Below, in pieces: positions 24,779 through 35,237 of a stretch of DNA of 47,251 nucleotides; within the stretch, counting starts at the first letter, position 1; each line of letters starts with the position of its first letter. The DNA lies in the NCBI GenBank assembly GCA_003023275.1, contig PXTX01000057.1, positions 1 through 47,251 of the forward strand. The letters run 5' to 3'. The position numbers were made by a program, and so were the translations under genes. The notes beneath the pieces were generated by a model. It worked only from the letters and a program-made list of their open reading frames with translations, was not told where the DNA came from and did not search any database. Origin of the DNA: Bacteroidetes bacterium SW_4_67_19 (GTDB lineage: Bacteria > Bacteroidota > Rhodothermia > Rhodothermales > Salinibacteraceae).

Positions 24779-26383
24779 CTACTCGCGTAGCGGCGGCTGG
24801 TAGACGCGCACCGCTGCGACGGGCGAGCGAGGGCCTGCGCCGCCTGAACGCACGAGCGTGAGCGTGTGATCGCCGGGCGGAAGCCCCTGCGCGACGGTCA
24901 TGGGCGAGTCGGCCCCGACGGCGACGGTGCTCTGGCACATCGAGCGCACCGACCACACGATCTCGTCGCCGGGCTCCACGTAGTCGAGGTACGAGAAGTC
25001 ATCCTCGCGCTTGCGCTGAAACCATTCCTCGGGTTGGATCGTGATGCGACCGGAGCGCGAGCGAAACGGCGCGGCGCTCGTGCCGGTCCCGTCGAAGCCG
25101 GTCTTCGAGCCGTGCAGCCGAAAGCGCACGCGCCGCCCGCTCGCAGCGGAGTCCGGCGCCACCTCCGTGACCGTGAGCGTCCAGTCTTCGGCGCGGGGAG
25201 CAGTTCCGAGGCCGACGGTCATGGGCACGCCCATCTTTTCGGGGGGCCCGTCCTTCGGCGATATGTCCACGCCGGGGCGTGTGGGAACCCAGCAGCCGGC
25301 GAAGCGCGAGGGCGTCTGACCATCGATGCGCACGTTCAGCGGGCCGGCCCGGTCTTCGTGTAGTACCAGTTCCACGCGCCTTCCGGTGAAGTCCACGCGT
25401 GCCGTGTCGCTGTGAAAAGCAAAGTCCTCGCCGGCGCGATAGGTGGTCTGCATGGACGGGGCGCGCGCCGAGGCGGGGCCACGGGCGTCGCTCAAGGCGG
25501 CGGCGCGGTCGAGGTAGTCGGTGACGATGCCAGCCATGACGGCGTTGCCGCGCGGATTGGGATGCACGTCGTCTTCGGTGAGGGCGGCGGGATCGAGGTC
25601 ATTTTGGCGAAGGTACGTCTTCCAGGCGCCGCGCACGTCGATGCAGGCGAGGTCGTATTTGCGGCACAGCGCCGGCAGCTTTTTGAAAGAGCGCCGGTCT
25701 CGGTAGGCGTGGTTTTCCTGCTTGGCGGTGACGTGGTCGGTCATGAGCGCGACTTCGGCGGCAGTGCGGCGACGGATCGTGCGGATGATCCGCTCGTAGT
25801 CGCCGAGGTCGCCGTAGACGTGGAAGAGCACGAGGTCTGGAGCGAAGGGGACCACGTCTTGCGCGACGGCGTGCTTGAGGCGGCCGGCGCCGTAGCCGGA
25901 GATGGCTTTGTTGGCGACGGCAAGGTTGGCGTGCGGGTAGGTCGCCCGCAGGTGGCGGCGCACGTCTTTCCACCAGTCTTCGGCACTGATGGACTGGCCG
26001 TAGACGAGCACGCGCACGCTGCGCGCAGAGTCGGGCCGGCTGGCGCGGAGGCGCCGCATCGTGCGCTGGAGGTGGCGCGCGCTTTCGGCGAAGAAAGCAG
26101 AGTCGGCGCGCATTCGCTCGATCGCCCGCGCGTAGCCTTCTTTGAACTGCTCGTCGGTCACGTCGTGGCCGCGGATGCCGGCGACCAGCGCGAGGAAGTT
26201 GTAGTTCGGGTGCGCGCTCCAGGCGTGGCTGTCAGAGCGTGTGGGATCGGGCTTCTCCGCGAAGGTCGGCAGCCTCGATTCGTCGTCGGCGGAGGCCCCG
26301 ACGGGCTGGGCCTGCGCGCCGGCGGCGAGACAGAGTGAAAGCGCCAGTATGAACATCGCGAACCAGCGAGGAGACGTCACCAC
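24779..26383 (-). CDS. secreted SGNH/GDSL-type hydrolase family protein with a C-terminal beta-rich domain
   Basis: Signal peptide MVTSPRWFAMFILALSLCLAAGAQAQ. SGNH blocks VLVYGQSIS, AISGYG and DDVHPN. Apparent GTG start. A short glycosidase-like fragment follows the signal peptide (see finding). Confidence 0.7.
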   Translation of the reverse strand: MVTSPRWFAMFILALSLCLAAGAQAQPVGASADDESRLPTFAEKPDPTRSDSHAWSAHPNYNFLALVAGIRGHDVTDEQFKEGYARAIERMRADSAFFAESARHLQRTMRRLRASRPDSARSVRVLVYGQSISAEDWWKDVRRHLRATYPHANLAVANKAISGYGAGRLKHAVAQDVVPFAPDLVLFHVYGDLGDYERIIRTIRRRTAAEVALMTDHVTAKQENHAYRDRRSFKKLPALCRKYDLACIDVRGAWKTYLRQNDLDPAALTEDDVHPNPRGNAVMAGIVTDYLDRAAALSDARGPASARAPSMQTTYRAGEDFAFHSDTARVDFTGRRVELVLHEDRAGPLNVRIDGQTPSRFAGCWVPTRPGVDISPKDGPPEKMGVPMTVGLGTAPRAEDWTLTVTEVAPDSAASGRRVRFRLHGSKTGFDGTGTSAAPFRSRSGRITIQPEEWFQRKREDDFSYLDYVEPGDEIVWSVRSMCQSTVAVGADSPMTVAQGLPPGDHTLTLVRSGGAGPRSPVAAVRVYQPPLRE

Positions 26384-26611
26384 AGCGAGGCGGGGGAGCA
26401 GAGCGGAAAGGCGAAAACAGGAAATCGAACGAGTGGGTCTTGCGCCGCGTCGGTCTTTCGCGCCGCGTTCTGAAAATCATCCACTGCCCACTATGTTACC
26501 GCCAGCGCGACAACGCGCGGAACAGCAAGCCGCTCGCCAAAATAGGAATTTTGAACCCCGCCGTCCAACTCGCCTGCCGCGTTTTCTTCGTCTCGTTGCG
26601 CTACGGCTTTT

Positions 26612-28054
26612 GTGATTGATGTTCGCGTCGTTTTTTCGGCACTGGTGCTCCTGCTGGCGGTCGGCGCTTCGGAGGCCCTCGGGCAACGCACCGCCCGCTC
26701 CGGTCAAGCGACCTCCGGCGGGAGTGACCCCGGCGACGACGAGGCGCTATCCGCCCAGGCGCCCCGTGCCGAGACCGCCGGGGACGAGCCCGCGCAGACG
26801 GCCGTTTCGGTCGAAATCGTGGAGCAGTCCGACGGCGACTTTCAGTTATTGCGCGGCGGGGAGCCGTATTACGTGAAAGGGGCCAAAGGCGCCGGGCCGC
26901 ACCTCGACCGGCTCGCCCGGTACGGCGGCAACTCCGTGCGCACCAGCGATCCCGAGATGCTCGACCGCGCGCACGAGCGGGGCCTTACGGTGCAGTTTCA
27001 CCTGCCGGTGACGGCGCAGCGCGACGGCATGGACTACAGCGATCCCGAGGCCGTTCGGGAGCAGAAAGAGGAGGTCCTGGCGATGGTGCGCAAGTACAAA
27101 GACCACCCGGCCGTACTCTTCTGGGAGCTGGGCAACGAACTCGACCACGTGCCCGATACCGGTGATCCGGACGCCGGGGAGACGACCGTCAACTGGAAGG
27201 TCTACGACGCGGTCAATGAACTGGCGAAGGCGATTCATGAGGAAGACCCCAACCACCCGGTGCTGACGGTGCTGGGCACCGGGACGCCGGAGAAGCTGGG
27301 CCGCCTCCAGCGGCGCGCGCCGGCGCTCGACCTCATCGGCGTCAACGCCTACGCCGACATCGGGCAGGTCGAGGCGTGGCTCGAGGAGTACGGCTGGGAG
27401 CGGCCCTACGTCTTCACCGAGTGGGGGCCGTCGGGCTTCTGGCAGGTGCCGCAGACCGACTGGGGCCGTGCCGTCGAGGAGACCACCACCACGAAGGCGC
27501 ACCTCTACCGCGAGCGCTACCGCTCCTCCATTCGCGGCCCAGAGCAGTGCGTGGGCTCCTACGTCTTTCTCTGGCAGCAGCACCAGGAGCGCACCCACAC
27601 GTGGTTCGGTATGTTCGACGCGGAAGGGCGCGCGTCCGAAGCGGTGGGCGTCATGCAGCACGCCTGGACCGGCGAGTGGCCCGACAATCGCGCTCCGCAC
27701 CTCAACACGCTCATCGCTGGCGGGCGCACCGCCTACGGCGACCTGCGCCTGAAGCCGGGCGAGCGGTACCCCGCTTCCGCCTTCGCCACCGACCGCGACG
27801 GCGACGCCCTGCGGTACGACTGGGAAGTGCTGCCGGAGAACACGAACTTCGGCTACGGCGGCCAGGGCGAGACGAAACCGCCGCCTGTCTCCGATGCCGT
27901 CCCCGCCGACGCGAACCAGCGGCGCATCGCCTTCACCGCGCCGTCAGAGCCGGGGGCCTACCGCCTCTTCGCCTACGTCTACGACGGGAACGGCCACTAC
28001 GCCACTGCCAACGTGCCTTTTCTCGTCGAAGAGCCGGACCCCGCCGGGCGCTGA
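26612..28054 (+). CDS. secreted glycoside hydrolase, clan GH-A TIM-barrel type (GH2/GH5-like)
   Basis: N-terminal hydrophobic signal. FWELGNELD is a candidate acid/base NE motif and YVFTEWG a candidate nucleophile TE motif. Has a C-terminal beta domain. The family is not resolved by eye. Confidence 0.65.
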   Translation: MIDVRVVFSALVLLLAVGASEALGQRTARSGQATSGGSDPGDDEALSAQAPRAETAGDEPAQTAVSVEIVEQSDGDFQLLRGGEPYYVKGAKGAGPHLDRLARYGGNSVRTSDPEMLDRAHERGLTVQFHLPVTAQRDGMDYSDPEAVREQKEEVLAMVRKYKDHPAVLFWELGNELDHVPDTGDPDAGETTVNWKVYDAVNELAKAIHEEDPNHPVLTVLGTGTPEKLGRLQRRAPALDLIGVNAYADIGQVEAWLEEYGWERPYVFTEWGPSGFWQVPQTDWGRAVEETTTTKAHLYRERYRSSIRGPEQCVGSYVFLWQQHQERTHTWFGMFDAEGRASEAVGVMQHAWTGEWPDNRAPHLNTLIAGGRTAYGDLRLKPGERYPASAFATDRDGDALRYDWEVLPENTNFGYGGQGETKPPPVSDAVPADANQRRIAFTAPSEPGAYRLFAYVYDGNGHYATANVPFLVEEPDPAGR

Positions 28055-28210
28055 TGAAATGACGCCCTCGCTCACTGATTTGAATTCATTCAACGCGACC
28101 TCTTTTCGTTCAAGGGCTGCTCTTCTCCCCGAAGCCGGAGCATTCGGTCGGATACAGCCCGGTTGGGCTCGCCGTGCACGCGCCGCCGGGCCGCGAAGGG
28201 CGTCGGCGTC

Positions 28211-28978
28211 TCAGGGCTCATCGCCTTCGTCCGTTTCTTCTCCGGGCCGCACCGTCTGATCGAGCGGGCGGCCGAGGCGCTCGTAGAGGCGCCGGCGCGC
28301 GGCCTTGTCGCCTTCGAGCACCTCGCAGGCGTGGCGCGCCACCTCGACGGCGTGCTCGCGCGGCACCACGATCACCCCGTCGCCGTCGGCTACGATCACG
28401 TCGCCGGGCTGCACCAGCGCGCCGCCGACCTCGATGGGGCGGTTGACCGATTCGAGCATGTTACGCCCCGGGCGGATGCCGCGCCCGCGCTTCTTCGGGT
28501 TCAGGTACACGGGCACCTCCTCGACGGCTCCGTCGCCGCTGGCGTCGATCACGACGACCGAGCCCGGGTCGATTTTTTCGGCAAAAGGTTCCGGCGACAC
28601 TTCATCGTACCAGCGGCCTTTCCATTGCTTGAAGGAGTCCGGCGGCATGGGATTGGACACGACGCGGTCGTGCGGCACGTAGCGCACCGTCAGCGCGATG
28701 CCGTGGAACTGGTGGTTGAGTTTCTCGAAGTCTTTCCAGAGCGACTGGATGCGCGGATCCATCAGGCCCACGTTGCGCAGGCCCACGAGGTCCATGCCAT
28801 CGCTCACGTCGGCCACGCGCAGGCCGTCGTACAGCTCCAGCAGCCGCTCGTCGCTCACCTCGGTGGTGTCGGGGGGGGAAAGGTACTGCTGCTGCGCGGC
28901 GGCGGGGCGGGAAAGGGCAACCAGCCCCGCCAGGAGCAGGGCGAAGGTCGGGACGGAGGCAGGGCGGAAGCGGGACAT
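28211..28978 (-). CDS. RraA-like / HMG-aldolase-fold family protein with a signal peptide; the core appears shortened
   Basis: From ATG 28978: MSRFRPASVPTFALLLAGLVALSRPAAAQ. The C-terminal part VVVIDASGDG-AVEEVPVY...VNRPIEVGGALVQPGDVIVADGDGVIVVPRE matches the RraA/HMG aldolase pattern, but the segment between the D-x-G-G and FPVF-type motifs is missing. Confidence 0.6.
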   Translation of the reverse strand: MSRFRPASVPTFALLLAGLVALSRPAAAQQQYLSPPDTTEVSDERLLELYDGLRVADVSDGMDLVGLRNVGLMDPRIQSLWKDFEKLNHQFHGIALTVRYVPHDRVVSNPMPPDSFKQWKGRWYDEVSPEPFAEKIDPGSVVVIDASGDGAVEEVPVYLNPKKRGRGIRPGRNMLESVNRPIEVGGALVQPGDVIVADGDGVIVVPREHAVEVARHACEVLEGDKAARRRLYERLGRPLDQTVRPGEETDEGDEP

Positions 28979-29358
28979 GTTCGTGTGCAACGTTGAGGAG
29001 CGAAGCGTCAAACGATGTGCATCGGCGCCGACGAGTCGCAGCAGCCTGGGCGCCCCCGAAAACCGAGAGAAGAAAACTCGAAGCCGTTTTCGTACTACCA
29101 TCGCAGATCGTTTTTTGTTAGGCTGCCTTCCGGAAAAGTTCTCCATTCGGGAGCCTCCTGCGGTATTTCATGCCCTCCTCCGTCCGCTCATTTTTTCTAT
29201 GAACATCTTGCAGCGCCTCGTCTGCTTTCTGGCTGTCGCCCGATCCAGCAAATCATGCTGCAATCTGCTGCGGACGGCTCCGGGTCGGATCTGAAATCGT
29301 CCGAAATATGTACTGCTACGTGTTTACTGATTTCTCTCTTTTCAACCGTTTTCTGCGA

Positions 29359-31791
29359 ATGCGCCTCCGTTACCTCACTTCCTCTCGTACGCTCCCTTTT
29401 CTTACGTTCCTCGCGCTTCTGCTGGCCGCTGCGCCCGCTGTGCACGCACAACCGTCGGCTACGCAGTCCGACGTGAACATCCGCCGTGCTGGGGACGTGC
29501 CCGCTACCGCGACGCGGCTGGTGAAAAACCCGTCTGACGGACAGCTGTACGTGCTCGCCGTCGACGGCGACGTCTACCGCCTCGGTTCCGACGGCGAGGG
29601 CAGGTTTTCGCTCCCCGCCGAGCCGCTCTACGATTCCGCCGACCACGGCCTCTGCGAAGACGGCAGTGGCGGGGAGTGCGCGCAGGGCATGGCCTTTGGC
29701 CCCGAGGGCGCGCTCTACATCGTCGCCAACGAACTTTTCGACGGCAACCGCAAAGAAAACGCCACGAGGACGGTCGCCACGGTGGCGAAAGGCACGCCGA
29801 CCGAAAGCGGGCGCACCTGGCGGACGCTGGCGCAGACCGAGCCGTACCTCCTCAGCCACACCGCCTTCGACCATCGCTTCAACGGGATTGCCGTCAGCCC
29901 TGACGGCGGGCACGTCTTTCTCAACAGCGGTTCGCGCACCGACCACGGCGAGGCGCACGAGGGGGCGCGCGAGCTTCCGATTACCTCGGCTATCCTGCGC
30001 GTGCCTACCGACGCCGACGGCCTCACGCTCCAGAATGACAGCACGACGCTGGCGGAGGGCGGCTACCTCTTTGCCGACGGCACGCGCAACGAGTTCGATC
30101 TGGCCTTTTCGCCGGAGGGGCGCCTCTTCGGCGTCGGCAACGCCGGGGACCGCGACGATTCCGGCGAACTCAACTGGCTGCGCGAAGGGCGCCACTACGG
30201 TTTCCCGTGGTACATCGGCGGGCACCGCACGCCGCAGTGGTACCAGTCGCGCTTCGGCGGCGGCTACGACGACAGCGAAGATTTGCTCCTCGACGACAAC
30301 CTTTGGAGCAACGACGGCTTTGGCATCGACTATTTCTACACCACGTTCACGGCTCACCGCTCGATGCTGGCGCTGCTCTTCGACAAAGAGGACGCCCTCG
30401 GCGACGGGTACACCGGCGACGCCTTTGCGATGGCCTACCAGGGCGCTGACGACGCGCCGTGGTTCGACCTGAACGACCCCGGCGAAGACCTGGTCCACAT
30501 GGAGTTGACGCCCGCAGAGACGGGGGCCGGCTACACGACCACCGTCACGCGCATCGCCCAGGGCTTCGACCATCCCATCGACGCGGTGCTTAAAGGGAAC
30601 ACCATCTACGTCGCCGGGCGCGGGAGCGAGGCCCTCTGGGCGGTCGAACTGCCGGAGAACGCCGGCCCGCCGAGCGTCGCGCGCACCGTCTTCGACAGCT
30701 TCGAAAGTGGCGACGATCCGAGCTTCACCGAGCCTGATCCTGGCTCGTTTCCTGTCACCGTCGAAACCGTCGAGCCGGGGGGGCCCAACGCCGGCGGCTC
30801 TGCGCTGCGTGCCTCGGTGGAGGAGGTCTCCAACCAGGTGTTTCGCAAAACGCTCGACGCGCCGCTCGAGCTGGGCAGCAACAACCAGTACTTCAATTTC
30901 TACCTCGCCTCGCAGTCCTCGGCCTCCACCGACCTGCGCGTGGGGCTGTTCGAGGACGCCGACGGCAACGGCGCCACCGACGGCGACGACGACCACCTGT
31001 CGACCATCGTCACGCTCCCGGCTGACTCCTCGGGCTACGAACTGCGGAAACTGGCGCTTTCGGACTTCACCGACGACAACCCCGACACCGGCGACGGCCA
31101 GATCGACGCGGTGCGCCGCGTGAGCTTTCAGTTTGTCGGCACCAGCGGCGGCGATGCGTCGACCGTCTACCTCGACTACCTGGCTTTCAGCGAAGAGGCG
31201 CTTACGCAGGAGCAGGTCCCCGTCGAGTTCGCCGGGGCGCCCACGCCCACCGTCGAGGGGCGCAGCGTGCAGCTCGCCTGGCGGACGCTCACCGAGACGG
31301 GCAACGCCGGCTTCTACGTGCAGCACAGGCGCGAAGGCCAGAGCGACTGGACGCGCGCCTCGGGCCTCGTGTCCACGAAGGCTGAGGGCGGCACCGCCAG
31401 CCGCAAGCTCACCTACGAGCACCACATCGACGGCCTCGCGCCGGGGCGCTACCGCTTTCGCGTCCAGCAGAAGGACCTCGACGGCGACGTGTCGGCGGGG
31501 CCGGGCACGGCGCTCGTGGAGGTGGGGGCGAGCGAAGGCTTTGCGCTCGAGCCGGCCTATCCGAACCCGCTGCAGGCGGGCGAGACGGCCACGCTCGAAG
31601 CGCGCGGCGTCTCGGGTGAGGAAGACGTGCGGGCGACGCTCTACAACAGCCTCGGGCAGAACGTCCGCTCGCTGCCGGTGACGGGCGGCCGGGTCGAGGT
31701 GCGCGCCGAGGGCCTCGCCAGCGGCCTCTACTTCGTGCGCCTAACGGCCGGAGAGCGCACCGTCTCACAGCCGGTCATGCTCGTGCGGTAA
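29359..31791 (+). CDS. T9SS-secreted PQQ-dependent sugar dehydrogenase-like beta-propeller protein
   Basis: Signal peptide MRLRYLTSSRTLPFLTFLALLLAAAPAVHAQ. Propeller motifs (NSGSRTDHGE, GRHYGFPW). Middle acidic Ca-binding-like module (DADGNGATDGDDDH). C-terminal Por/T9SS sorting domain (YPNP...LYNSLGQNV...SGLYFVRL...MLVR). Confidence 0.75.
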   Translation: MRLRYLTSSRTLPFLTFLALLLAAAPAVHAQPSATQSDVNIRRAGDVPATATRLVKNPSDGQLYVLAVDGDVYRLGSDGEGRFSLPAEPLYDSADHGLCEDGSGGECAQGMAFGPEGALYIVANELFDGNRKENATRTVATVAKGTPTESGRTWRTLAQTEPYLLSHTAFDHRFNGIAVSPDGGHVFLNSGSRTDHGEAHEGARELPITSAILRVPTDADGLTLQNDSTTLAEGGYLFADGTRNEFDLAFSPEGRLFGVGNAGDRDDSGELNWLREGRHYGFPWYIGGHRTPQWYQSRFGGGYDDSEDLLLDDNLWSNDGFGIDYFYTTFTAHRSMLALLFDKEDALGDGYTGDAFAMAYQGADDAPWFDLNDPGEDLVHMELTPAETGAGYTTTVTRIAQGFDHPIDAVLKGNTIYVAGRGSEALWAVELPENAGPPSVARTVFDSFESGDDPSFTEPDPGSFPVTVETVEPGGPNAGGSALRASVEEVSNQVFRKTLDAPLELGSNNQYFNFYLASQSSASTDLRVGLFEDADGNGATDGDDDHLSTIVTLPADSSGYELRKLALSDFTDDNPDTGDGQIDAVRRVSFQFVGTSGGDASTVYLDYLAFSEEALTQEQVPVEFAGAPTPTVEGRSVQLAWRTLTETGNAGFYVQHRREGQSDWTRASGLVSTKAEGGTASRKLTYEHHIDGLAPGRYRFRVQQKDLDGDVSAGPGTALVEVGASEGFALEPAYPNPLQAGETATLEARGVSGEEDVRATLYNSLGQNVRSLPVTGGRVEVRAEGLASGLYFVRLTAGERTVSQPVMLVR

Positions 31792-31984
31792 GGACGCGGA
31801 GCGTCTGGCGTCGGAGGGGGGCGCTGGGCGTCCCGTCGCTTCTGATGTAGCGAGCGGAAAGCAAGTAGGCCCCGCCGGCAATAGGCCCTCCGGTAACGAG
31901 AGCAGCAGACGTGAAACCCCTGCTGCTGCGGTCCTTTGGTGTATATGTGCGGGTCGTATGGATCTGCCGCAAAAGGCGCCCGTT

Positions 31985-32008
31985 GCCCCGGCATGTACAT
32001 CGGCGGGA
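31985..32008. repeat. left copy of a perfect 24-bp direct repeat (topoisomerase PGMYIGG-coding core)
   Basis: gccccggcatgtacatcggcggga at 31985-32008 is identical to 32534-32557 inside the topoisomerase gene. Flanking bases differ on both sides. Confidence 0.95.
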
Positions 32009-32061
32009 GCGAAAAGCCGCGTGTTGCCCGCAAGTTCAGCAATTGCTTTCTGACCTCTGCG

Positions 32062-32403
32062 ATGATAGCCAAGAACTGGTCATCAACGGGGCCCCTCGCC
32101 CCGCCCGACAAAGAAAAGCTCCAGTCCGTGGCCCGTCGGAACGACGTCTCGCTACTGGGCCTCTTCGGCTCTACGGCTCGAGGAGACGCCACCCGCAAAA
32201 GCGACGTGGACGTGATGGCCCGCTTCTCGAAGCGAAAAAGCCTGCTCGACCTCGTGCGCATCGAGCGCGAGATGTCCGATGCGTTGGGACGGAAGGTGGA
32301 TTTGCTGACGGAAGCTTCCATCAGTCCGCACCTGCGGGATCGCATCCTCGACGAAATGATCGTGCTCTTTGGGACACCGCCACGGACGACCTACCCGTGT
32401 TGA
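32062..32403 (+). CDS. nucleotidyltransferase domain protein (MNT/MntA-type antitoxin-like)
   Basis: LLGLFGSTARGDATRKSDVDVMARF..SLLDLVRIEREMSDALGRKVDLLTEASISPHLRDRILDEMIVLF is the minimal NTase (COG1669-like) pattern G-S-x-A-R-G..D-x-D. ATG 32062 was chosen. Confidence 0.85.
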   Translation: MIAKNWSSTGPLAPPDKEKLQSVARRNDVSLLGLFGSTARGDATRKSDVDVMARFSKRKSLLDLVRIEREMSDALGRKVDLLTEASISPHLRDRILDEMIVLFGTPPRTTYPC

Positions 32404-32441
32404 AAGAGCGCGTGGCCCGCATCCTCGACGAACGAACCTGA
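32370..32441 (+). pseudogene. remnant C-terminus of a HEPN (DUF86/HepT-type) toxin
   Basis: Frame 0 reads WDTATDDLPVLKERVARILDERT-stop. This resembles the conserved DUF86 C-terminus (vW..v..dLP.L...i..ll). No N-terminal HEPN body or R-x4-6-H motif is present. It overlaps the end of the NTase ORF. Confidence 0.55.
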
Positions 32442-32463
32442 CAGACCTCGAACCCAAACCGCT

Positions 32464-34404
<1,941 letters not shown>

Positions 34405-34489
34405 GCGCGGGAGCGTGGGGGAACGGGAGCGCGGGGGCGTGGGTGAAAGAACGCAAGCAACGCGACCTGTGGAAGCAACGCCCCGATCT

Positions 34490-34711
34490 ATGGAAGCGCC
34501 ACTGACGAACGTGCAACGCGAACTGCTGAAGCTCTTTGCACTCGACGTGCCGGAGGAAGAGCTGCGCGAGATCCGGCAGCTCTTGGCGCAGCACTTCGCA
34601 GAAAAGGCGACGGAAGAAATGGACCGCTTCGCCGCAGAGGAGGGGCTGACTGCCGAAGACTTCGAGCGATGGGCCTACGAGCATGAGCGACGTTCCACGG
34701 GCGGTCGTTGA
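34490..34711 (+). CDS. putative antitoxin (small acidic helical protein) paired with the PIN gene
   Basis: 73 aa (MEAPLTNVQRELLKLFALDVPEEELREIRQLLAQHF..). Overlaps the downstream PIN ORF by 29 nt, a typical type II TA arrangement. No family recognised. Confidence 0.6.
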   Translation: MEAPLTNVQRELLKLFALDVPEEELREIRQLLAQHFAEKATEEMDRFAAEEGLTAEDFERWAYEHERRSTGGR

Positions 34712-35120
34712 CACGAATGTCTTCATCGCCAGCATTGGCCGGACGTCACCGTACCGGTGGCTTTTCGATGCGTTGCTCGAAGGCGACTTCCGCCTCTGCC
34801 TTTCCACGCCGATTCTCTTGGAGTACGAAGAGGTGCTGGCAGACAAAACGACGCCTGCTGTGAGCCGCAACGTGTCGGGCCTGCTGCTGGCATTGCCGAA
34901 CGTGGCGCGCGTCCGTCCGCATTATCGCTGGCGTCTGATTAAGGCCGATCCGGACGACAACAAGTTCGTGGATGCGGCACTGGCGGCGGGGGCTGCGTGC
35001 ATCGTCACGCACGATGCGCATTTCGACGCGTTGCGCGAGAAAGACTTCCCATCCGTGCGCGTGCTCTCGGCAGAGGGATTTCGGGTCTTTCTAAATGAGC
35101 AAATGGATGCGGCATGGTAG
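34683..35120 (+). CDS. PIN-domain protein (putative type II toxin)
   Basis: AVVDTNVFI (first acidic residue), LLEYEEV, DPDDNKFVDAALAAGAACIVTHD. This is the PIN acidic quartet pattern of the TIGR00305-like putative toxin family. Confidence 0.85.
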   Translation: MSDVPRAVVDTNVFIASIGRTSPYRWLFDALLEGDFRLCLSTPILLEYEEVLADKTTPAVSRNVSGLLLALPNVARVRPHYRWRLIKADPDDNKFVDAALAAGAACIVTHDAHFDALREKDFPSVRVLSAEGFRVFLNEQMDAAW

Positions 35121-35237
35121 AGAACGCGGCCGTATGCATTGTGCCCGAAAGAAAGCAACGACGAGTGACGCCATGCCCAACGCTGCCGAGGTCCCGCCCG
35201 ACGACGAACGCCTCTACGCGCTCATCCAGCAGGAGGC

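Noticed and set aside
31936-32061. Upstream extension of the nucleotidyltransferase ORF containing CPGMYIGG, considered as a topoisomerase-NTase fusion or a gyrB pseudogene.
   Set aside because: Only the 24-nt core is shared with the topoisomerase gene, and the flanking residues show no GyrB/ParE similarity. The NTase family starts near ATG 32062. It is reported as a direct repeat instead.
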